Assembly (NCBI GenBank): GCA_010093815.1
Contig: ML996568.1
From: Pseudovirgaria hyperparasitica
Lineage: Eukaryota
DNA length: 64,000 nucleotides
Strand: one strand, 5' to 3'
A program made the position numbers and the translations under genes. The notes under the pieces were generated by a model. That model ran no database searches, was not told the DNA's origin, and saw only the letters and a list, made by a program, of their open reading frames with translations. Below are positions 10,704 to 23,429 of the stretch, one piece after another; position 1 is the first letter of the stretch; each line of letters starts with the position of its first letter.

Positions 10704-13700
10704 GGCTTGTTGATTCCAGAATTGTATAGATTGCCATGTGCTCAGCGGGTAAGATTTGAAAACTAGACTTTGGAAATTTCGAGAAGTGCTCTTTCGTGGT
10801 AATACCATGCGGGCACAACCGAAGTAGGTTGAAGGCGCTATTTTAGACTCCATTAAGGTCGCGAAAAGTTGTTTGTTTGTAACTATATATTGTAACTCGC
10901 GCATATAAGCTGATAGAATTTAATTCATTCATTCGATAGCGCGAAGATAAACTGACATCCTGGTGACCCAAATAGAGTTATATACCTATTAACATTGCAC
11001 CATGGTCTTCTGAGTCTCGATGAATTATTTTGAGTTCCTCTCTTCATGAAGTAGATGAGTACTTCTCCCCTAAAACTATTCATAATGTTATGCCTGTGGG
11101 AAGGTTACGACGTTTTGTTAACCCCCAAACGTCATCCAAACCTCATTTTATACATGAATCTTGAATAGGATATCATGGAAATCTATGTTACCATGGTATC
11201 ATACATTCCTAAAATATTTCAATTTTATTTAGAAGTCTATGAGTGGCTAATATCATAGTAATAAAGGATCATGCTTAAAGTCATAATGAACCAACAACTT
11301 TCATGATCTCCATAAGAGCACACCGTCTGACGATGTGGAGTTTTCATTGAATCTTTTATGATCTGTTGAGGATTATCATACGATATCTCGAAATGTAGAT
11401 AGGTATCGTAGTATCCAAGTAGTAGGAACTGGCTTCAAACATTGTGTCCCATGGTGCATTTTGAGCATTCCCATATAACTCACTCGCGGTACCAGTAGCG
11501 AGGGACAAGAGCTCTGTAGTGTATGAGTACAATATGATACCCTGTAATCGTTAAGTTCATACGGATAACAGAGGGCCAAGCCATAGAATATGGCCGCACA
11601 GCTTAGTTCCCTCTGTTGGTGATACAACCATTACTACTGCTCTCGTCTTCAATATATTTGTCAACCTAGTTATGATCATCGCTTTGGGTCCTTCGGTCTG
11701 ACATTCGTAGAGTCCTGTTGCGTCTATTCGCTCTCTAAAATTATAGAACAGCCGTCTGTCTTCCATACACTCTGCATACTTAGTCTAGCATTCTCTAGTG
11801 CCACATAGCGGTATATTAGTCACTCTTAACAGCATCCATGATACCGTTCTCTTCCAACTAATAGATCTCATCATCCCTATACTAAAGCTAGAGAACCTGA
11901 TGTATGTTCCGGTACTTTACAGCAGATAGGCTCTTACCTGGTCCAAATGTTGAATATATATACACAAGTAGGGCTCTGTTCTTAGGTTCCTTGCTTTAGC
12001 CATGAGTTTGCTTTTCATGGATCTTACAGGCACAAGATCTGGTGAATGTGAGCTTTGAGGCTGTCCCCAAGATCTTCATTCTATGACGGCACAAATTTCA
12101 ATCTTAAGGTAAGACCTATGAGCTGTCCGATAGCACCAACCATAGTCTATTCTACCTTGTAAAGATAGTATCTACTGGCATATTTTCACCGAAGGCGTTG
12201 GGTCTCTGCGCTCTCATTCTCTAAGCACTACTTTTACCGTAAGTAACCTGCATAGCACACTTTACCTGGAGTTGAAAGGTGTACCCAACACGCATCATAT
12301 CACTCCTCAAGGCGCAGTCTAAAGTTTGCAAGGATATGAGTCTCTTGGCAATGCGGCGCGTACGCATGACTCCATTTATGACGTCGGATGGCTGCTCTAT
12401 GAACTCATACTGCACCGTCTGAAGTGGGCGTTTGCTAGGATAATCTCTGTGGATAACCCCTTCACGCTTGATTGTGCCGCTTTTCGTGACAGCGTAGGAT
12501 AAATCATGAAAGACAGCATTTGGCATATAGGTGTACATATTAAAGACCATGTCAAAGATCGACAGAAGTAGGGGAGTGGTACTGATGAAAGATGTATAGC
12601 ATTATCGGTAATTATAGTCGTGTAATGATCCGGATCTTAATTCCATACACCGAGAACAATGTGTAAGATGTTTAGAAAGACAAAGAGGATAACTGCAACT
12701 ATAAGATTATCGGAGACCTGTCGCCGTGCAATGGTGAAGATGCCCAGATGCAGGCATCATCATTGTGTAAGGGAGCGGTTCAACTGATGATAATGAGATT
12801 AGAAATGCTCACGGTGTAGCAAAGTCGTGTTTCGCAGCGACGGGATGCTTATATGTGTTGTGAGCTGTCACAATGTCTGTGAAAGATAGTCCATTAGATC
12901 GACTTTCAGGGACGAAACACAAAGGAGACTAGCCAACTCTGACATAACGGTTCGTTGCTATGAGAGAAGAGACTTGACACCACGCACCTTTAGACATCAC
13001 CGTCGTTCATTTCAATTCCGTTATGCTAGTGAGAATAAGATGGCATCCACCTCACTACACCTATCAACTATGGTGTCTTGTTCCGGATCTGAAGCATTTC
13101 AGACATCCTATCACCATGCAAAGTGACAGCAGGGTAACGAGGATTTTGCCAGACATCTTGAGAAAAGCCTGGGAGCTGACAGAAGCTGATTGGGATTGAA
13201 TTGGTCTGATTGAAACTGATAAATATGGAATGTGCTTGGCACGAGAGTTCAAGGTTTGTATGTGCCGATTGACGTGTGCGCTCACAGCAGATTACGGCAC
13301 TAGCAATGACTCAGATTGAATTAAGACAAAATACTACGGATCACACGAGCTTGTAGGTGTGAATGAACACACTTACTTATAATAAAATGATTCAGAGTTT
13401 GACTCAGGGAAATACGGCGTGATGAGGACAAATTCATGAGGTTTGCGCAGGCCAATGACGACATATCATGAGATGAAATATGCTGCAGGGGTTGTAGCAA
13501 CGGTCCTGTGTGTAAGATACCGCTCAGCCTCTCGGAAGGATTAGCGACCCTGGTCGAATGCATCGTAGCAATCGTGGAAACTGGTCCGATCGTGCGGGGA
13601 TCGAGATGGTCTGATGTGCAAAAGGGAGCGCACGGACCGATATAAACGGCCCGTTCAGGGACTCCCATGTTGAATTGGGTACAAAGGCTGCTCGGTCCGT

Positions 13701-14205
13701 CCAAAGCACCCACTCGCGCCTCACTTCCGTGGAACCCTTATCGTACAATTTACGTGACCTCTACGGAACGGAACGAAGTTGGGAAGCTTAACGACCCCCT
13801 GATGTCTGGTTACAATGTATTCACCATTTCCGGATGTAGCAAAGCACATGATGCCACTACTACCTACTTCTGTTATTATCACTTGTTCATATGAATGAAA
13901 TTCTACTATAATCTGATGTTGTCAATAACGTGCTAATTCGGCGACGTGGCGAAGCTACCTCAGTTGGGTTGTAGTTTTACATGGGTGAGCCTGTGTTGTA
14001 TACATGACCCTAGTCCCATAAAAATACTTTGCGGCGCTGAGAGGACCCGATACTGCCTCCACATGCGTCATTGGGATTTACTCTTATACTATAAATAAGC
14101 GTTGTCAGCCCTTCAAAGCTGTACACACACTCGAGACTAAATTTTCCAGTGTCGAGTTGCCAAACAGAACTAAGCTCTGGATATAGGGGGCAAATTTTCA
14201 ACATA

Positions 14206-14940
14206 ATGACTTCCTCATATCATCCGAACTCGCTAGGTGGCGAGGACGCCCGGTCCAAGCACTTCTCCCAAAGCGACACATACTATGACAGCAGATACGA
14301 CTCCTCTCCGCGTGCCGCATCCTCCGATTACCCTCGAAGCTACTATCCAGCACACCGTGGGCGTTCTAGACGCCGAAGACCAAGTTCCATTATATCCAGT
14401 GATTCTTCATCAGATTCTCCCTCTCCACTGCGTACCCGGTCACGGTCACGCCGTCGGCACCACAGGCCAAGATCTGTCTCCAGACGCCGCCACACTGAAG
14501 ATGTCGCCACCAAAGAAGAAAAGTCTTGGTACAACAAGAAATCTTTGTGGACCGGGCTCGCAACCATCGCTACTATCGCCTCCCTTGTGCCATCCGCAAT
14601 GGCGGTGAAGCAGACTGGGCGCTCAGCACGAGCGACGGAGAAAAGTGCTGCGGCAGTGACCAAAAGTGCTCGAGCGACATTGCAGAGTGCCAATGCTACG
14701 AAGATGAGTGCCGGTGCCTCCATGCTAGGTGCCAGAGCGGCTATCAACAGTGGCGTTGCACAAGGCCATATGGACTTCGATGGACGGTAAGTACAACAAT
14801 CAGTTGCTAAGTCAACACATACTGACTCACTCAACAGATACACTGGTCCTGCGACTCATATGAGTGCCAGGAAGGCGATTGACAACGGAGGGTATCCACC
14901 ACCTCTTCAAAGGGCTGTTGGCATGACACGCCTTTCATGA
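14206..14940 (+). CDS. Hypothetical protein: Arg/Ser-rich N-terminus, one hydrophobic segment, Ala/Ser heptad repeats; exons 14206-14786, 14838-14940
   Basis: ATG at 14206 downstream of TATAAATA (~14090); intron GTAAGT 14787..ACTGAC..CAG 14837 gives in-frame ...DGR|YTGPATHMSARK...TRLS*. Confidence 0.7.
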
Positions 14941-16181
14941 AGCGTTTCGACAATCTCATGGTAGCATGTGATGACCTATGTATCATGACTCTTGATGTTT
15001 TCCCCCATCCAAGAATGGCATGTTCCATTCCCTCGGCGTCGTGTTCGACTGTGAGCAATATCTACGATCAACCTGTGGACCGAACCACGGTGATGACGAA
15101 TTTCTTATCCAAATATTTCCGTTATGGTGTAGAAATTGATAAATGTGGTACTACTGAAATGATTGAAAGCCCAACATGAATACTGGTGTGTCCTAAGTTG
15201 CTATGAGTAGAAGCTGGGGGATATCAGAGCTAATGAAGTTGCTATAGGTATGCAGCTTGATGTCATACGTTGCCGATCAATTTTCCAGCGTCCATTTCCA
15301 ACGTCAGCGCTGGCTGAGCTTGTCCTATGTTCTTTTCTTTTCATCCTCATTCCATGATATAAAAGCAGCTCAGACAAGATGATTCCAAGCTCGGATATGG
15401 TCTTGCTAGAAGTGCCCTACAAAATTAAGGTGTGAGTTTTGTCGCCACGTAAAGGCTTAGCTCGCTTCGTCGAATTTCGAACTAGTGGATCCTCGATGCA
15501 GGATCGAGCTCGAGACTACAATATACAAGTAACAGCGCATGTGACCTAGACCGTGTCTTGGGCCAATGATGATTGATATCATATTACAGTACAAGCGAGG
15601 AATCCGTACAAACATGTCGGCTACGTCCGGCGGAGTGATATGTCGTACGTCTCTGGTGGACATGGACCTCAATGCGACTCTCACTGGACGTCCAAATGAG
15701 TTACTCGATACTAAAGATGTTGTAGAGCTAATACTTTACCAATGAAACGTATTCAGTTCACGTCGAAGATGTTTCTTCATACGTATGTTGGGTTCAAACT
15801 TACGCAATGCATCGAAACATGAGGATAGACGAGTGTTGAGCAACGATAGAGGCGGTCCAATCAAAGTTGAGATTTCGATAATCTATAACAATCAGGTCTT
15901 CTGGGTCTCTTCCATGCTTCACTCATTGGATTTCCTCTTGAGAAATTAATCAAGTTGGCATTGATGACTTTTCATCTCCTATGCCGTGGGCAATATCTGA
16001 TATTCACCTAGGATTGAGTCATGGAACAAAGAACTATAGTGCTTTCACCTCAATATCAATCCACTAAGCTACAAAGGGTCTAGATTGTCTCATCTGGTTT
16101 CTCCAACTTGTAAACAGATTCACCTTAAATAACGTGGGCATTAAACGCCGAACTGAACGCCGCAGTCATCGCTTACTCGAG

Positions 16182-16221
16182 TCACTTCACCTCGCTCACT
16201 TCACCTCGCTCACTTCACCTC
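16182..16221. repeat. 14-bp tandem repeat TCACTTCACCTCGC, ~3 copies
   Basis: Directly visible: tcacttcacctcgc tcacttcacctcgc tcacttcacctc. Confidence 0.9.
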
Positions 16222-16578
16222 TCAACAGGTAGCGCATCCTAGAGTTCTTTCCATTTCGTCGACGAAAACTCCAAATTCAACCTATTTTCCACGTCACGTC
16301 TGCCGAGTGCAGTACTCAGTGGGTGCTTATTGTCTACCGAAACGTTTACGATAGAGCCGTCTAAAGTGGAGCACCCACTGATTACTGCACTCGGCATCTG
16401 GTAGCTGAAAATTTGACGATTATGTCCCCGCCGCGAGCCCCGGCACTGACAACGTAGGCTTCCTTTGGTTGTCCCCTTCATATCCTCAAAACTACTTCTA
16501 GCAATTAATTCGGGAGATATTACCACTTCAAAAGATAAAAAATGTCAAAAACGTGTGTCCAGAAAAGAGCTTTAATCT

Positions 16579-19537
16579 TTGGACCTCGACCAGATTATAC
16601 CAACCTCTCGTCGATCACAATCTCGCACGATCAGCTCATCGGCCCTGACTGCCGAACCAACCGATCCGCCCATAGTTTCATCCGTCGCCGAGAACAGTCT
16701 GATCAAAAAAGTCTCTGGAAACTCTAGGCTGACCCGGTCTCCAACACCACAAACGAGAATCTTCAACGTCCCTGGCGGATTTTCAGCCAACTATTCTCCA
16801 GACAGTCCGTTATCTGAGTTGAAAACCTCATCACGGGGCAACAACAAGAATTTTATCGAAATCGAAGTCGTCCACCCCACTATACAGGTCAACCCATTGC
16901 CAACGCTGTTAGGGTACATCGGATTCAGATGGAACAAGGAGAAGCTCGGTGTTATTGACATGGTAAACCTCGGAACTTTGTTGCAGCTCCGACACCTTGG
17001 GCTTGGAGATACAAGCAAAGCTGGTTTATTGAACCAGACAGATCAACATGGCGAAGTGAAGAAGCTTGGTGCCATGATCATGTACCAGGATGGCTATCAC
17101 GTTCCTATCGAAGCCTCTGAGTTTCACTGGAACTTTGGGTAGATAACCGACAGTTATTCTATCGCCAAAGCGAGAACTCCATTGACGCAGCTCGCAACAA
17201 AAATGGTGAGCTCACACGTCAAGGCGCTGCCAGGGGTTGCATTTCGAACAGATGGGAAGATGTCTGACTTAGGATGAGTGAACCTAAGTTACTTAGAGGA
17301 AGCACTGGTGGTAGCGGCCGCATCAAAAAAGTTCATATCAAGATTTCGAAGAGTGGCCTGACGTGTCGATCGACATGGATCGATCACAGAACATCATGAG
17401 GACGTCTACGGGAGATCTGATTATCCCATCAAATGACCACAGGCACACAGGCAGGCCCTACTTGCTGTGTCTTTACGGTGGCAAACGGTTTAGGAAGCCG
17501 TTACATGTCAGCTACAATCTCAACAATGACAATACCTCTCGAGATCGTTAGACCCTGACATCTAGTTCGGAAGAAACAAGGGTGATAACAAAGATATGGT
17601 TTGCAGCAATGAAGATCTCTGAGGAGCTTCAGCGTCAGGATCCAGTGAAGCAACGTACTACGCTTCTTCTGTATCATTTTGATGAAGCAGATGATGTTTA
17701 GGAGGCAGCTTCACACCTATCAGAAGCATTTGCGGGAATGCTTTGGCAGCATTTGCAATCGCAAAGGGATGAAGCGTCTCAGAAGAAATTGTTTTGCTGT
17801 CGTGCATCTGACCACAGTAAGTCAGTCGGCCATAGCTTAAGCATATGGAGGAGTACTGAGCAAGATTCAAGATGTCTCCGTCATTCGAGGTTGTTTCAAT
17901 TCATTGTTGAGCTCTGTACCTCAAAAGTCATGGGATCACCCCGGAAGTTCGGCCTCCGCCCAACGGTAGCTGAGGAACAGCCGCAGCGCCTCGCTGTTTC
18001 CATGAAAGTGGAGGTCTCAGGTGCCTTGGGACTCTTATGCGCAAAACATGGCTAGGCTTCTCGAAGCTAGCCTTCTGAATTACAGCACGACTCAGTGTCT
18101 CCGACTTCAGTATGTGATGCCACGAGAAGACGTTGGGATTGGATGTCTACCATTCAATTGACGAAGCTCTTTTGTATCTCAATAACGCACTACTATCGTT
18201 TGAAGCCACTCATTCCTGCAATCAATTTTGTCCACACTCTCCGGAACAAGAGCTATTCTTGTGTGACCACGCGGTTATCTCGCTATTGTTGATCATGCTA
18301 GATCAACTACACAGCACGAATCCGGCCAACTTTCCAATAAAACTACGCAATGAGCTGATAAGTTTTGCGATGGTCAAAATTCAGCAGATGCCACGAGGTA
18401 TCCGGGTAAAGGCGGTGAACGATAAAGGGGCATATGAAGTGTCGTTCCTTGTTGTTGCGAGCATAGAGGGGAGAGACAATGATGACAGGTCTGGCGTACG
18501 GATTCGATTACACGGGTATCTATGCAGATTTGATCGCAAGAAGCACATTTACGAGCGTAGTACGTTAGCGAAACGCCGTTCAGCTTTTCAAAGTTAACAA
18601 CAATATAGAGGACGACCAGGAGGTACAGGGACAAATAGAAGTGGACGCAAGGACGGTTATCAATGTTCGTTGGAGTCGTGGGCCATGGTGACGATGCCGT
18701 TGGAGTCGTGGAGACATGGTTACGATGCCGTTGGAGTCGTGGAAACATGGTGACGATGCCGTTCATTACAAAGAGAATGATGATGATGATGATCGCCATG
18801 GAGTCGTGGAGACATGGTGACGATGCCGTTCATTACAGAAAGTTGATGATGATGATCGCCATGGAATCATCTACACGATTTACCAGAACAAATCTTTTTA
18901 AGAACGCTTCACAGCGTCAAGTTCAGTCGCCAAGGCCTATAGGTAGATCCTTTCGACCGATCGTCAATGGAGCGTCACCAGACTTCCCTCAAAATCGCAC
19001 GGACAAACATCACTCTGTGCGAATGCTCCAGCAAGGTGGTGTCATACTCGATCACTCGAGTTAAGTTTGAAGACCTAGACCCTAGCCAGGAATACTGGCC
19101 ATCCATCTGTAGAGATAAGGTCGGTGCATTTTATGGTGTTTATTGCAAAGCACTAGCTCCTGCAGAGGACTCCTTGGTGACTCCTTATGATCTCATAAAT
19201 GAGGTCTTTGCGAGGACCTACCATTCCATTCCAGCTCGTAATCGGGGGAATCTTGGGACTGCTGAGCAACAGCTTAGTATGTAACAGCCTGTCTATCACC
19301 CATGATCCTATGCTAACAGCGTATACAGAGATCGGTAAGCGCATAGATACACAGATTCTTCAAGATCGTCTAGGCTTCCCACACCGCTTTGAATGGTTCA
19401 AGGGAGAGAGCGCAGATGAACGTGATAAGAACAAGCACGTTCAACGTCGTTGGCTATGGAACAGACGCATTCGGAGACGACTTGCCACAGGCACAGGTCG
19501 CAGAGTTGGCGAGAAGTGCAACAATGACAAAGATTGA
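16579..19537 (+). pseudogene. Disrupted gene for a GHKL (HATPase_c-like) ATPase-domain protein
   Basis: VIDMVNLGTLLQLRHLGLGDTSK...DQHGEVKKLGAMIMYQDGY resembles GHKL G1/G2 boxes (N.G...L.LG.TSK....GQ.GEG.K). Protein-like sequence continues across frameshifts (RWEDV; DFEEWPDVSID...TSTGDLII...NTSRDR*...KIW...DDV*...LWQHL; FLCDHAV; FEDLDPSQEYWP). In-frame TAGs at 17140, 17549 and 17699; introns near 17818 and 19277-19329. Confidence 0.55.
18669..18868. repeat. Compound tandem repeat: ~31-bp unit (GTTGGAGTCGTGGARACATGGTGACGATGCC) x3, merging into a ~65-bp unit x2 with (GAT)n tracts
   Basis: Units directly visible; the same core recurs at ~18800-18828. Confidence 0.9.
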
Positions 19538-20633
19538 AGAGAGACGTCTCGCAGCCCGCAAGCGCCGTCGGAACTGATAGCAGGCTGATAGAATTGTCAG
19601 TCAAGATCACAGCGTACGACAATGAAAATTGCGAATTGGTTTGAATGATTGGGGACTCAGTTCTGGATTTTTGGGAACTTGATCGTAGGTTTCTATTAAC
19701 AAGGCTGTTGTTCTCTTTATAAACACCGAAAGTTTGCGTCAAGAGGTCCACCAGAAGTATTAATCTATTAAAAGTGAGAAAACTAGCCTAGATATATGTC
19801 TAGGCACGCCCACTCAGAGGTATAGCTTGGAATATAATCATTAGGGTGTGTACTCAAACCACTTTTAGTTAAATAGTAGTGATAATAGGTTAATATTCCA
19901 AAGTAGATGGACTATGAATGTGTTCCTAAGTGGAATTCTGCTTTCTGAAATGTTCAAAGAGTGGCAATACACAGGCATCATCACTCATTGCAGGTTTCTG
20001 TACCACAAAGTCATCACTTTGTTCGACTATGAGAGTGAAGTCACATGTGACCAAGGAGAGAATGCCTTATTCCCTGGGTTCATCGCAGCAGATCTATCAA
20101 CCATGACCTTACTTGAGCATATATTTCCTAAGATCCTTCGTGGTCTTCTGCCTAATTCTACACATGCACCTTGGATCGCCCGAATGATTCGAAGGATGTC
20201 AGTATGGATTATTGACTCTACAAGATACGTCTTGGGTAAGTTTGTGTGCTCCGCTGGCTATCGTTAGAATCGCTAACATATCCAGTGCATGAAAACCATA
20301 CTCTATACTCAAGGGAACTACAGCTGCTCCTATAGGTAAATTAGGATCAATTACGGGTCGCTAGAGGTTTTATATTGGGGCTATAACTACTATCGTTACC
20401 TTGTGGTTAGCTGCATACAGGCGATGATGAGTACAAACGCACGCGACTAGATTACGGTCCACCTCTGAGAGACTGGCAGAATAATAGAGCTTAGGAGTTC
20501 CCTCGCGGCTCGGTGAGACTAGGTAGCGAGAGATATTATGCCATACTATTGGGCGAGCATGCAGAATCGTTTTGATTCGTAGTAAACCTGACTCTATCCA
20601 AGTCCCAGGTGAAGAACAAGTTGTTTGTACCCC

Positions 20634-21640
20634 TTAGTGCGTATACTTAAAGAACGGATTTCTGCGGTCGCTGAGATCCGCAAAAGCCATCTGCTCTCTC
20701 AAGGCCTCCCTATCCGCCTCGCCCATTGCCTCCAGAGTCCTCTCATTGACCCTGTTAAGATGATCATTATATAACCTCAGCCCGATGATTACTACTATTA
20801 GCGCAGACAGTGTCGCCATTACACTCACCTTGCCACTACTGTAGCCCGGCGCCTCATCGTCCTGAAACGTCTGTGTACCTAGAATGTTGCCTATGCAGAA
20901 TCCGACAAGTGTCAGTGCGTATGTGACAACTTTTTTGGAGTGTCCAGCGATGTTACTCGCGTTCCACGCAAGGCTCAGCATGAATGCTGCGCCAAATGTC
21001 CCACTAAGGATACTTCCTGCAAGCAGTGCAGGTTTGTTCAGGGGTGTTCCGTCTTCAGCGACGAAGCCGTACATGAGGCCTGCAGCGAGGATGGTGGGCA
21101 GTATACAGACGAGCATGGTAATACTGCGGTCACCCCATTTGTCGCTGAGGTAACCTGTGAGTAGGACGAAAACAATACCGACAGCACCCTGGGGGATATC
21201 GAAGATCAGGGCTTGTTGGTTTGTGTAGCCAAAAGTTGTGAGCAGGATATTGTTAAAGATGGAGAGGCCGCCGTTGGGGATGCTAGAGAGGAGGGTGGAG
21301 ATGAAAATGAGCCAAACGCGGATGTCGGTGAATGCTTCAAGTATCTGATCTTTTTTAATCACGGCGTTTTGAGTGCCACTTAAGTCATCAGCCACGTTTC
21401 TCTACACATCCAAGAGCCCTAGACTCACCTTTGATTCTCCTTTACTCGTAACAGCGCAGCCACTTTCTCGGACTCCGTGAACCGTCTTGCCTTAACCGGG
21501 CTATCAGGCAATAAATGGCAAACCAACCCACCAACGATGATGGTGAGGAGGCCAATGCAAAGGAAGAATATCCTCCAGGTTGCAAATCTCGATGTAGCGT
21601 GACTGATACCCCAAGCTACCAGACCACCAAAGATTAGATG
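20634..21640 (-). pseudogene. MFS transporter, Dal5/allantoate permease (ACS) family; apparently lacks the N-terminal part
   Basis: IFGGLVAWGISHA...TWRIFFLCIGLLT...LPDSPVKARRFT...RVKENQ|SGTQN...QILEAFTD...IPNGGLS...WNASNIAGHSKK...GNILGTQTF...APGY...FADLSDRRNPFFKYTH. Intron 21379-21428 on minus strand. No recognisable TM1-4 coding sequence upstream of ~21640. Confidence 0.7.
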
Positions 21641-22443
21641 TGATTGTACAGGGGCGATGGGCGTTGAAGTATCCGCTGCGTTCATGATTCCGATGTGCTG
21701 GATTGGTCACGTGCGGCGAGTGAATACAAATTCTCAAACATCTTCGGGTGGTAGCTGGGCTTCTTGTTTCTATAGGTAAAGTGCCGGCCAGGGTGTACAT
21801 CATTGCCTGATAGGGATCCTGGTCGTGTGGACTAGATCTCCAGAAATGATAAATTTCCCGGCTATCATGTTCACGTTATCTGAATCCCTGTGCCGCACGA
21901 CTGGTAGTGGCATCGGCAAGAATACCGGGTCCCTCCAATGAGCTCTAATGAGATAAACGATCCTCAACGGTTAGCTTAAAGGAGCACGCCAGAAAAGAGT
22001 AGCTGGATTGATCAATAGCTTATAGATGCAGCCAAGCGTTGACAAAACTTATCCATATTATTCACTCGTCATTATTGGGAACCGATGATCGACTCGCCAA
22101 TGGGCGTTTGGCTTACGTGGGGTTTGATACATGCGGTATGATGCTTTGCCGGATATGTTAAGATAGGATCTGTATTCAGGTGTTTGGCCTTGAGCTGGCT
22201 CGGCTTCACCATTAGAGAAGGCTAGATTGAGACGTCTGAGCTTATCAGTATGGGTCGCAGCCTGTAATTATTTTGTACTGACAAATAGTGCGATATGCGA
22301 ATAGATAGATATACAGAGCATTCGTTGGGTATCTAGCAAGGTTTAACATGATGGTACAATGTGACCAAAAGAATTACAGATGAGACAGTCGCCACACGAA
22401 GAAAGTACCGCCATGCGACCCAGCTGTCCTGAATCTGCACATT

Positions 22444-23210
22444 TTACTCATTCCACTCTGTTCTCCCAAGTCTGATAATATCAGACTGACCCACAAGCCA
22501 AGTACCTTTCTCAGTCTTCTTTCCCTCGAGACATTGCATCCCTGCGTGAACCGCAGCTTTTGCAATAACGTCAGCATCTTGCGCCCAGAAATCCTTCATA
22601 CCATCTCCAAACTTGCCAGCAGCTCTTGCAATATGTCTGATGGCCGCCTCAGCAGGCCTGCTATCCGTCCGGTCTCCCACGATCAGTCCCGGCCTGAGAA
22701 TGACGGTGTGCTCAAACTCCAATGCCTTGATATCCTCTTCCAATTGTCCTTTCATCTTCGGGTAGAACATCATGCTATTGGTATTTGCACCTGATGTCGA
22801 GATGAGAACGTATACTTTCACGCCTGCCTCTTTTGCAGCCTTTGCGAGCTCTAGATTTAGATCGTGGTCAACTTTGTATTGTGCATCTGTGCTACCGGCT
22901 TGTGCACGCGTCGTGCCAAGGCCGGAGAAGAGCACGACAGGCTTGCTCTGGCGCGGGAAGAGCGATGGCCATGTGTGGGTATCGGCGGAGAGCAGAGGGG
23001 TGAGCTTGGGGGATTGTTGAGGAAGGTCGCGGCGAGTATATGCACTGACTTTTGTGGTCGATGTAGAGGTAATGAGAGTGGACAAAATGTGTGAGCCCTA
23101 TATAAAAGCGGTCAGGATGTCTGATGATGACGAACGCTTTTGTTTTGTAGGCTAGAGCTTGGAAGGCTTACAACCAGGCCAGTGCTTCCAGCAACGACAG
23201 CTTCAATCAT
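22444..23210 (-). CDS. Fmp52/TIP30(CC3)-like NAD(P)-binding protein; intron 23098-23171
   Basis: MIEAVVAGSTGLV|GSHILSTL Rossmann motif; FSGLGTTRAQAGS..AQYKVDHDLN; YPKMKGQLEE; ILRPGLIVGDR. Confidence 0.9.
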
Positions 23211-23429
23211 AATGAAGTGAGACTGGTTATGATTGGGATGCTATAAAGTTTGGGAAATTTAAAAGGCAAGTTTCACTTATTACACAGAGGCTGTGCGGTT
23301 GTGCCCAGGTGAGAAAGCTTGGATTGTATCATAATTGCTAGGGTTTCAGGGAGTGTAGAAATGCTAGTCCTAATTGGGCTACGAACAGTGCCCAGGTCAA
23401 CCAACCTTTGTGACCTCCTTTATCGGTTA

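Noticed and set aside
17140..17701. In-frame TAGs as A-to-I restorative editing sites or an alternative genetic code
   Set aside because: The same gene has several frameshifts and a TGA, and TAG ends normal genes in this window (e.g. cap1, the AlkB-like gene); decay is the simpler explanation.
18669..18868. CRISPR-like array (~30-bp repeats)
   Set aside because: Units are directly adjacent with no unique spacers, there are no cas genes, and the context is eukaryotic; it is a minisatellite.
3000..22400. Starship or other named transposon
   Set aside because: No DUF3435 recombinase, transposase, RT, LTR or TIR could be recognised.
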